Shown: positions 53,024 to 64,000 of the stretch, piece after piece
Layout: each line of letters starts with the position of its first letter
How positions within the stretch are numbered: position 1 is the stretch's first letter
From: Trichoplax adhaerens
Lineage: Eukaryota; Animalia; Placozoa
Assembly: GCF_000150275.1 (NCBI RefSeq)
Contig: NW_002060949.1
Coordinates: 1,671,836 to 1,735,835 of the forward strand
Direction: 5' to 3'
DNA length: 64,000 bases
Notes under the pieces: model-generated
Database searches by the model: none
Told to the model about the DNA's origin: nothing
The model's input: the letters and a program-made list of their open reading frames with translations, nothing else
Made by a program: the position numbers and the translations under genes

Positions 53024-53904
53024 TTCCTTGTTACGAATGGCAGCGGGAATATAGAATGGCTTTGGACATAATTTTGCTAATTAATATAAATAATTCAAGA
53101 ACGAAAGAAAGTACTGCCTTAGCACATGGAAATAAAGTAAATCCTCTAAGAAATCTGTTATTCTATTTACTAATAATTACTACATGTATAGATATGAATG
53201 ATCTAAATACTAAAGAAAACTAGTAATTCTATGTGATATCAAAGAATGAACAAGAAGAAATCTTCATCTTTAACTGCTAAAGGGTATCGAAATAACTTTT
53301 AGCGGTTATAATTCGTTATTAGTTATCGCATTCGTAAATAGTAAATGATTTAAATATAGGAGAAAGCAAATAATATGCAGTACGAGTTAAAGCATGTTTG
53401 TTACTGCTAAGAAGTCTAACTCTAAAGTTGATAATTTGTGATTTTAGTTCCTTATTAATTAATACGATGAATATCAGACGTATAAATGATCATAAATACC
53501 TTAGCCAGATAAAATTAATGTAAAATGCCGTAATATGTTCACTTAAAGCATTAAATGCTTGGAATTGATAGTCAGATATATAGTATTAACTTCTACGTGT
53601 CATTTTAGTAATAATCCGACTTCAATACTATAGTATTTTAATACTATGCAAGTAGTTAATTGATTTAAGCCACTAATTGATGATCCTACTACTAATTAAT
53701 ACTCAGGACTTATTATACATCTAGTATATTAAGTAAACTAAAGCCGTAAAATCTAAGAGTTCTCACAGATTAAAGTAAATTCGATCAAAATTCTTGCTAT
53801 TCAATCTCTTCATTTTATTATTATTGTTGACTGTAAATTTTAAAGTAATATCTCGATAATGGTACAATATCGCATATCGTAAAACATTTAGCTAGTTACA
53901 AAAC

Positions 53905-54350
53905 TGTAGTCTTTAACATATTCTTAAATATGGATAGCTTTACAATCGATTTCAACAATACTCAAACATAGCTTGTTATATTTAGTTATTCATAGCACCT
54001 ACAGTGTAGGTGCTACGGTCTTCGCTATTTCATACAATCATTTGCTATTACTTTGTCTATTTATGGTAAATGCCATATCCAATTCTACAATCCTGTTCTC
54101 TGTATTTGTTCTATCTCTTTATCTATAAATACCAATGATTTCTGCCTCGGAATTGTTAGTTGCACTTGTAAGTGTTAGTATCTACACTCTTTACTTCACA
54201 ACAGATTATCCGCTGATCTACCTGTAACCGCCACGCTGTAGCTTATTTATTCTCTACAATAAATATTCCTCTTTCTAGTAAACCCCTGGTGTAATTATTG
54301 TGAAACATCTAAAGATTCCACATCCAAAGATTCTTTGAACCCTCCGTCAT
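53905..54350. repeat. Dispersed repeat, copy 2
   Basis: Homologous to 38110-38567 in the same orientation. Carries an extra perfect palindrome at 53993-54015. Confidence 0.8.
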
Positions 54351-55052
54351 GAGAGCAGTATTATTTTCCTCGAGATAAATATAGAAAATTTGCTGTTAAG
54401 CGTATACTAGTAAATATTAGCACTATTTCAAGATTTTAATGCTAGTTTACAATTAGTATACGTCTATGCACGTAAGAACATATAAGAATATATGAAGCAA
54501 ACCTAAACAATACAAACATTTCATCCGACAAAACGGCGGTCGAGATAGATTACTATTGCACTCTACGAATAAGTACTTGTTATTAAATAAATTTGAGTAA
54601 ATAAAAGTATTGCTAATTGCTAAAGCTGCAGTTATTAAAAATTATAATCACATTTCCACTTCTTGAATCTATGATTATTGAAGTATTATCACTATTGAAA
54701 ACATTTAACAAAAGTGCAGTGATTAATATCTGTTGGCAGACCTGTTATATTAAATAAAATTTCATTAGAATTTCTTATATTACGCGGTATTGGCCGACTC
54801 GTATTGGTAACCTTAATGACTAGTAATTCATATACGTGTATATCCATTATCAATTACGCCTTGTATTTAGCCTCAGATTATACCTGGATTCATAAATTCT
54901 TCTATCACTTAACGTCTTGAAAAAGATGATAATAAGATAGAATAACAACAGTTATGTTAGTAATGCGAATGTAGATAAGTTAAAATATTCACTCTTTCGA
55001 TGATGTATACTAAAGAATGATACTAGATTTTATTTATACACGTATTAGAGAA

Positions 55053-56580
55053 TTACAAGAATTGCTGCCTGGGCAATATCAGATCTCCATCATCACTTGG
55101 CTTAAATTGAGCGTTGATATTTTCATCAGTGACCTCTTCAAGCGTGGCAGGATCCCATTTTGGGTTATGGTCACGATCGATTAATACAGCTTTAGCTCCT
55201 TCATAAAATCTTTGGTCTCCGTCATTCTCTGAGTGATACGGTGTTCTATTAACAAAACATCAGCTAAGCAAGATGCTGTAGCTCTTTTTTGTAAAGTACG
55301 AATGGCGACTTTTAATACAGTAGGAGTTAATTTACGATAATGTTTGAGGCAATTTTAGTCCACTCTGAACCATCTTCTTCTAGTAGAGTAAAGATTTCTT
55401 CTATAGTTTTTCCATTAAAGCACTTATTGATTGTATTTATATACTTGGAAAGAAAACTCTCCACCTTTATACTATATTTTACCAAGTAACGATGAAATTG
55501 ATTTTATTAATATTCGTTATGGAGTGATAAAACAAGTATGGCCTTAGTCAATGAGTTAATCTTAAAAAATATAAGACGAAGGGAATGCAAAAGATAATAT
55601 TGTCATTTGCTATGGAGTAAAAACTGCAGTTATGACTAACTATACAAGTAAAGATTTGGCTTAATTTATTAATATGGTATGATATGGAATTGTCTGAGCA
55701 TGACTTATTAAACTTTACGTATTCTAAATCGGCTTGTTAGCATATTCTGCATAACGTAAATATAAGTCTACCATAGCACTATTTACGTTACAGTTTTTAC
55801 TGTTCCTAGCTTACGCAAATCGTTATTCTAGTGTTGATACTCTTTCATTATTGATTAACTTACCTTCATGTGATATTGATTTAGAATTTCTCGATTTATA
55901 CGATCCGTAATATTATCTTGACTAATAAATTTCTCTTCTAATTCGCAGATATCTTGTGATCGAATATAGTGGGTAGCTATTGCAGCAAAATAAACATCTT
56001 TACCTTTTAATCTATTCTCTATTAACGAAAATAGAAAGTTTTACTAAGGAAGGCTATCGTTTTGTATAGTAATATTGGAATTAAATGATTGGATCTAATA
56101 TTAATTTTTAAAATAACATCGATTTTCTCCTATCGTAATCGCTGTTTTTGCTTGTCTCGGTTCTGATATATAATATAATTTTATAGGCATAGAATGTATA
56201 TCTATTTAACGCATCATATATGCAATCTGATCACTGCAGCCAAGTGAATTTGTTTCGAGAACACTATTAAACACTTATCATTTTTGAGACTATTCTATCC
56301 AAAGTCTTATCAAATATCAATAAGATAAACTTATAACATTCACCTGTAAGGCCTAAATATATGCCCAGTCTACCTTTCAATCGTAGTAAAAAGTACGATC
56401 CTTCTACATTCGGATACAGACCTATAGATGTTTTTGGCATGGCAAATATTGTACGTTCGGTTATGACTCGATAGAGCCCATGAACTGACAAGCCAACACT
56501 ACCACTTATTGTTATTTCATCGATAAGGGCTACAAAAAGAGTCATCGAAATGCCTAGGGTGCAATTATTTGGACGGTGAA
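55053..56580 (-). pseudogene. HIBCH: 3-hydroxyisobutyryl-CoA hydrolase pseudogene (intron-containing, 5'-truncated)
   Basis: VGLSVHGLYRVITERTIFAMPKTSIGLYPNVEGSYFLLRL, IATHYI and FYEGAKAVLIDRDHNPKWDPATLEEV. The conserved MPET/FPDV motifs are changed to MPKT/YPNV. Frameshifts near 55355 and 55215. No recognisable 5' exons. Confidence 0.85.
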
Positions 56581-58554
56581 AAGAGGACAAAATACTTAAA
56601 GTATAACTTGCTAGCTTTTAAAGTCTCGATGAGGCGTTAATAAACGTTAGTTATGTCGTCTCACAGAAAGTACCGATAGACACGATGTTTTAGACGATAC
56701 TAAATTGCATTCAGATGCAAATTATTTTTACTTATCGAGAAGAAAGAGAAAAGGATGAGAAGGATTAAACTAAGTTAATTCCTGTAGGAGAACTGTATCA
56801 ACAAGAATAACCACAGATGAATATGGTGATGAATAACAGTAAACAGCAATCCCAGCGGTCGCGATGAAAGTATCATGGACTAACTATGATGACTGGAAAG
56901 TATGGCATGATTTACGCACTAGAGTAGATAATCTACCGGCATAGTAACTTGCCGGCCATTAAAACAGGAGTTTAGCATGTCCCACTGAGCAGGGAAAATC
57001 AATTATAATCAATTTGTTTAAATGATTGCATTTCTGAATCAATAGATTTGACGAGTATTAGCATCAACTTTACAATCCAGCTACTGTAGGCACAATCTGT
57101 GTGTTAAGATGAATATTTGCACTTTACTGTACTTGGATTCTAGAGAAAATGAATATTTCCGCCAGCAAAATATTTCTTTAAGCCTGCAATAAACCTTCGA
57201 GTGATCAATAATAAGATGGCCTTCTCACTGTATGATTATATTTGTATCTTTTTGTTTGTTTTAACTATAGCGTGTACTTCGGTTGAAGGTTAAGTTTAAT
57301 TGGAGACTACACAATTGCAATATAAGAATCCATAGTTTTTCCCTCTCACCTCCGATTGGCCGTGATGGTATTAGCAAAAAATCGACTTCTACTTTACGTA
57401 TGTTATATCAATTATAACAAGAGTACAGAGCATCGAAAAATTGCAAAAATTGCAAAAGCCATTCGTTGATATTCTATAGTTATTATATCGCCGATCGAAC
57501 GGTATTAAATAACCTTTTAATCTATTACCCGTAACAAAATGATAAGAATACCATGACAAATAAATTTTTGCATATTCTAATGATTACATTATTGATGATT
57601 ATAGTTGGCTAGTAACAAGTAACTTTATTCTTTTACTGTTAAAATACGTAGAAAAATTCCATTCATTTACGATATAAATTGAAGACATTAATTAGCATCC
57701 CCTTCAGATTGTTAAAACTAGTTATTAATACACATGAGTCTGTAGGTTTATGTGTTATATGAAAGTGAAGATGCTTTACCTAGCCAAATTGGAGCTACAA
57801 TAGATATTATTATAATACTATATAATTAGCCGCTTCATAATATTTCGTAACTTTAAATAAATCATAAATATTATCTAATTATTGGATTATTTGTTATCAC
57901 AAATTATAAATATTTATTTTATATCTATCATTATTTTATTGTAATGTAATAAATATATTTTTATTTTAGATATGTATACTTTACATATGAGTAAGAGTTA
58001 CTCCAGACAGGATAATGAGAAGAAGTATTTTAGTAGATTCGATTTCTTACAAATTGGTATTTACTAAAATTTCATCATTATCCTTAGAAAGTAAATGATA
58101 TAATTGTCTTGTGTGCTATTCATAATTAACTTCTATGGACAAGTGATAAGACAAATTATATCATCAATTAATGTTACGGGATTTAAATTTTAATCCGTAA
58201 CTCTGATCAGCTTTTATTGTAATATTAATTACAATTATCATGCGATATGATCATGACAAGGGCTATAGGTAACCTTCATTAAGAGTAGGCATTTTAGTAG
58301 CTTTCAACTATAGTTATTCCTTTATCGCGTGTTAAACATTCATCATATTGCTGTTAATGATTATAGTGGAAGTTAAACACAGAATGCTCTAACGACTTGT
58401 TCGTATCCATGTCCAACATCAAAACTTCGTCACCTAATTATCTTATTGCTTGATCGCATAATAAATAATATCAATTAAGGTGTTATTCATCTTCGTATTA
58501 TATAGCTAGCATTTTCGTTACTTAATGTGGGTTCTACCCGTATCGTGGTAAATC

Positions 58555-61500
58555 TTACACCATAACTTCATCATCACTGGACTGATTATCTTGTTGCTGA
58601 GTTTGAGGATCATCAGGTATGGGTATAACAAGAACAGTCGATAATCCTAACTTTGAATAGACCATCTCCGTAGCTTTAGCTGCACTGGATTCTTGATCAA
58701 AAGTCAAATAACATGTGCCCATATCATGTTCCTGCCATTGCATTTCTGCTGTTTTTATGCGTCCATACTGACTAAAGACACGCTTTATTTCCTTTTCTGA
58801 TGTGGTGGCTGCAAAACCGATAATGGCAATCTTCCTCGATGGCTTAATGGACACCATTGCTTTAATAGCCGGCAGTACTTGGATCATTTTATAATCGATT
58901 GTGTGTGATTTTGTTACTAAAATACGTTGAAGTGGATCGGCACTTTTAAATTCAATAGTAGTAAAGGATTGGATAGTACCAATAACTTTGTCTAATCGCT
59001 TCTTAACCTTATCTATTTTAAAAACTTGACCAAATTGATTAAAATATTCGGTTAATTTGGATTCGTTGGTATTCATACTCAATCCTCCAACGTAAATTTT
59101 CTTCTCATCATAACTGTAGCAACTATCTTTTGGTAGTGGAATAGTTTTCCTTTCTTCCTGGCTAGTTTTACGACCAATTGACGAAGTAGTTGCTGCTCTT
59201 AAACGGATTTCGTTAATATTACTCTTATTTGATTTAGAATCTTGAGTAGCAGTTGAATTTAGTTGAGTGGCTTTATTGCCGATTAATGAAGTACTTGCCG
59301 TCCTTAAACGGGCTTCGTTAATATTGGCCTTGTTTGATTTAGAATCTTGAGCGGCAGCCAAATTCTGCTTCTCTTTCAACGCTGTTGTATTAATATTGAT
59401 CTTGTTGGATTTATAAGCTGCAGTTGCAGTCGAATTTTGCTTTTCTTCAGATGTAGCTCTATTGTATTTGTGATCTTGAGGAATTATCGATTTCTGCTTT
59501 TCTTGAGATCTAACAGGACTAACATTAGTCCTATCAGATTTGTAGTCCTGAGTTGTTGTAGTTCGACTTTGTTTTTCCTCCGATGCCGATTCTTCCTCAT
59601 GATTCAATTTCTTCTTCTTCAGCGAAGAGACTCTTCTAGGTGGTTGTAGTTGCTGGCTATGTAAAGGCTTACTCGATTTCAGAGCTTGTTTTCCATTATC
59701 ATCGGCTTGAGATTGGCCCTTTGGTTCTATCCGTTTATTAGATATTGGGTCATTTTTAGCTGTGGCTGCTGGTGTTACAGATTTCTTCTCTTCTACTTTA
59801 GCTGAACTTAGTTTAATCCGCTTTAATGAAGATTTTCGTTTTGGTACTATGACTGAAACTGTTGGTTTATCCTTTTCTACTTTTGAATCATCATTCTGTT
59901 GAAGTTGATTTTGGTGATTCAAGACTTTCCCCTAATGTAAGTAAAGATAGGATGGCATCAAGAATGGCCTCAATTAGATGAAATGTAGGTAGAGAACTTT
60001 AGCTAGAAAAAAGTTAAGACCATTATCATGTCTTGCAAACCTCGATTTTATTATCAGCCACTGGTACTTCATTCAAAGTTCCATTCTAAATTTAGTAGAA
60101 ATATTGATGGGCTAACATTAGTATCTTTAAAGTTTCAAATTCTCATTTAAAATCATCCTTTAATGTCGGTATACAACCTTAACGATATCAATCGTCTCTA
60201 ATGACTCCGATAATTGATCGTTAGTGATATCCATTTTACTATCACTTTCATCTCTGCTTATGCTAATTTCAATGTCTGATTCTTGCAATTCCTCTTTGAT
60301 TTGTCGCTTTGATAAAAATTGGACATTGGATGTAGGCTATACAAAGGATTAATTTGGAATTGTGAAAATCAAAATTCAACAAAAGGAAATTTTCAATTAT
60401 TTCAAAATATTATTCTAACCATTAATTAAACTCAGTTAACTGTATATAGATAAGCTACATAAAAGATTAATTTAGAGTTAGGAAAATCAAAGTTCAGATA
60501 AGGAAATTTTTTATTTTGGCAAAATATTTTTCTAACTATTAATTGAAACTCAGTTAATTGTTTATAGATAAGACTGTATCGCAATAAATCATCGGTTTTA
60601 TGGAGCTAATTTAATTAAGTAACGTCAATAAAATTACATTTGTTTGCTTGATTTTTTGCATCATGTTAGTGATTTTAGATTTATGTAATTGCGATTCTTG
60701 AACTGGTTCATCATCTAATGTTGATGAAAAGGTTACAGCTCTCCTAATTTACATTGGCAAAAGCAAGAAGTTTAGTACGAGATACGCTCAATGAATTAAT
60801 TTAATATGAAATGATGTTATTTCATCAATTTCTACATTACTAAAAGAGTTATTTACGAGACATGACCATAACTTTACTTGTTTTTAGAGTTAAAATAAAC
60901 TTGAGTGCATAACAAAGCTCTATAGTTTAGCATGAAAGACAACTATTAATCTTTACCTTTTTGTCTGTGGTGAGTGAGAGGTTGAGTAATTAGATGATGA
61001 TTTGGGTTGACTGTCAGATTTCTTATTACTTTGACTCCTATCGGAATTAATAGAACAATTTACAGATTGGAATATTATCAATTACCAGTAATTTAAGGTA
61101 GGTGGAAAATAGACCTATAGGAAATTAGCCCATACAGGAAATATCTCACTACAGAAATTCGTATACATACGGATTTGTTGGCCTTCTACTTTTACTTTGC
61201 GTTTCTCGTCGACTTTTCTTACTTGCAGAATCAAAGGCATCTCGTAACTGTGTGTGTAGAGAATAAAACAGGAATTAATATTAGAGTACAGCAAAGGTAA
61301 AAATATTGGAGTCATTCCTAAAGAAGTAAACGGATTAAAATTAATTTATATACTTGATAATTTCTGGCACAGTGGAATACAAATATTATGAATCCCTAAA
61401 TAGCACAGAATTAAATTTGATGGTTTTAAATCAAGAATTTTCCTACAATTGTCCTAATAGCATATCAAATATCGAAATGTAGCTTGCCTGTAATGAATTG

Positions 61501-63703
61501 GTTATAGCAAAGATATATTGTAATGCTACGCTATCACTTATAATAGTCAAACTTCCTAATATCCAGCCAACTCCGAGTAATGGTAATAAAACGATGGCTC
61601 CTTTAAGGGCAGTTCTAGCATCAATTAGAGAAAATAATAATTAATTTTGTATCAATCTTTATCATAATTACTGTCCAATGATCTTTTGCTATTTAAAATC
61701 GATATAGATCTATCAGGAATATGTGCATATATATTCTACCGAATAAAATGAATGATTGCGACAGATGAAAAAAATTAAACATGTATGGAACCAATCTTTA
61801 TCATAAATATCACCTTTTTATACAAAAATATTCGTATTTGTGTTCATAATTAAAATATCAACCGCATATTAATAAATGTGAATGTTGTATGGTTACTAAT
61901 AAACAACGAGGTCAGAATTTTATTGCTAGGATTAAGCAGAAGAAGTAATTAATGTCATCCAAACCAAAATGATAAAGCAGAAACTTGGTGATTCGATGAT
62001 ATCGTTGCAAATAAATGTAATTAAAGTAATACTTGAGGTGATTATCAAGTGTAAGTGGAATAAGTTTAGGTACTTAAGATGATAAAATAGAAAGCATACT
62101 AATTAGGGAACCAGAATATTCCAAAATCATTACAATTACGGTTATAGTGTAATGATATATCAATAATTAATAGAAGATGATAGCAGGGAAGCAAAGTAAT
62201 CTATAGGCTTACTTTAACTTTATAAATCGATCTTCTTGTTTAATTTTAGAAATTTTCTGGGTGCTTAGCATTGTTTTGATAGCAATTGCGAAGACAAAGA
62301 TGTTGATCTATTACATACAAATAAAAAAAGGCATTTTTGTTATGCTGTAAATTAGCCTAGATACCACAGCTGCTGCAATTTTAAAAATTCTAGCAATTGA
62401 TAATAATGTAAAATTATATGGCAGCGTAATCTTATAATTAAGCTCAGCTTGAATTAAAACTACCGTAGAAGAAATTTTGTCTTTACTGGCTATTATCGTG
62501 TTAATATAAGTAATCAGATATGAGAAATAATTATAAGAACATATTAAAAACTATATAAATCAAAATGTTAATGTCAGAACTTACAATTACAATAAGCCCC
62601 ATAGGAACTACAAAAGCCAAGAATATAGGCGGTTGGCTTGCTAGCCAACAGCTAGAAACGGCGTGAAGCAGTCAGTAGGAATTATATAAGACCTTCATCT
62701 TTATGATATTTATGCTTACGAGTATTTAAATAAGCCAGACAGTATATTGAGTAAAGTATAAATAATTATTAAACTTAGTGGCTTGCATACCGACATTAAA
62801 TTAGAATCTAGCTATGAAAAGATATTGATACATCTACTCGTATATCTGTTGCTACTTAGATACGAAGAATTGTTAAGAAGCAGCTATACAGACATGTATA
62901 ATGCACTAGATAACAGTAATTGCATCCATTTAAGGATTTTACTTGCAAGTTATAGGGCAATTTTGACTATACATTGCATAGCGATGATAAACTTAATTTC
63001 TATGGTGTCTCGTAAATCATGATCCCTTTGAAATATGAGAAATTATTGCAACTTACGCTCTCGGATTCAAGTAACCGTCTATTCCAGATGTACTTAGAGT
63101 GATGCCCAATGTTGTTGCAACTATGATCATTGGTATACCTAATATTTAACGTAAAGTATTTGCTTAATTTCCCTCATATGTATAGCTAATAATAGATAAG
63201 ACCACTGTTTAAATAATTGGAAAGTGAGAGATGTTGCATTGGTCTTAATTTTTCAACTTACCGTAAGCAGGTACGAAATACCATACTAATTTTGAGCTAA
63301 CGTCGAAAACTTTAACCAGCATTATATACATATAAATTCCTTCATTTAGCATCCACATAAAAGTCGCTAAAAGGACGTAATGTAATACAGCCGCCATAAC
63401 AGTACAAAATACCTGAAGTAAATATTGGAGTAGGCCAATGAGATTATATAAAGATTGAATAAACGCTCACGGGCACGATAAATTAAAGCAACTTTAGAAA
63501 ACTACGGTTATGATAGCGAACTTAAAAATTTTGATCCGCATTTATTTGGGATAGGTATTGTGTAAATATATTTACAGTAATAATTGCTACAGTACCTTAC
63601 CTTATTTTGAACCGCTGTTAAACCGGATATGATCAAGATATTCGCAATAAGGAGATTAACAAATAGGTTCATGTTGATAATATTTTTGGTATTTGAAATT
63701 CGC
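58555..63703 (-). CDS. Adhesion-type (class B2) GPCR whose C-terminal tail ends in two RRM domains; TM1 and ectodomain lie beyond the window
   Basis: TM2 NIINMNLFVNLLIANIL, TM3 FCTVMAAVLHYVLLATFMWMLNEG, AYGIPMIIV, CWL, AFVVPMGLIVIINI, LLPLLGVGWILG and NSLQ|GFIIFVFHC. Then exons 61247-61171, 61037-60957, 60743-60638, 60336-60178 and 60085-60041 join in frame to 59931-58555 (KKIYVGGL...YFNQFGQV; RKIAIIGF...VFSQYGRI...GTCYLTF). Confidence 0.82.
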
Positions 63704-64000
63704 CTATATTATTGAGCATAGAGTAACGGATGAAATGGTTGTATTCAACTATAAGAAATTAGCTGGTGTTGTGATTTGCCCACTCTCTAAATTTTATGAT
63801 CTATCCATAGATGGGCATATGCATTGCAAGATAAATTTTACAAGTTTTAAAAGTATAGATTTGTATGGTGTTATTATAGAATGAAAATAAACGAGAATGT
63901 CAGAAAAAAGTGAAAACGAATAGTTTTATCATAGAATGACAATTTATACGATATATGGTATATGCGTATTTACAAGTTTTTAGTCTAAAAATGAAATAAA

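Noticed and set aside
54125-54175. Minus-strand ATNNSEAEII resembling an RNase H motif within the dispersed repeat
   Set aside because: Very short, followed by a stop, and not conserved in copy 1; insufficient to call a retroelement.
58555-59922. Stand-alone RRM gene as given in the ORF track
   Set aside because: It starts at TTG just after a splice acceptor and has no Met before RRM1, so it is better explained as a terminal exon.
1-64000. tRNA, rRNA or snRNA genes and intact transposase/RT ORFs
   Set aside because: None recognised by eye; a tRNAscan-SE/Infernal run would be needed to exclude them.

Overview
This is AT-rich eukaryotic (animal) genomic DNA with compact genes and many ~70-300 nt spliceosomal introns. 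Composition, intron size and gene content suggest a placozoan (Trichoplax-like) genome; that assignment is an inference. Left half: serpin (+), STMND1-like stathmin-domain gene (-, with an apparent 1-nt frameshift), BLCAP (+), ERCC6L2 (-), POP1 (-) head-to-head with TRAPPC12 (+), and a multi-exon gene missed by the ORF track that encodes a helical region plus a BPI/TULIP (HAM1/DUF4449-like) domain and contains a U12-type AT-AA intron and a GC-AG intron. Middle: ~9 kb of non-coding DNA with many diverged tandem duplications and a ~93-bp-arm foldback. Right half: a repetitive secreted (neuro)peptide precursor (SxxIP[M/F]E-R units), an adhesion-type 7TM receptor with an apparently decayed ectodomain, a HIBCH pseudogene, and a second adhesion-type GPCR. 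Top finding: the cytoplasmic tail of that second GPCR splices in frame into an intronless exon encoding two RRM domains, i.e. a predicted GPCR-RNA-binding-protein fusion. Exon structures were reconstructed by hand and are not transcript-validated.
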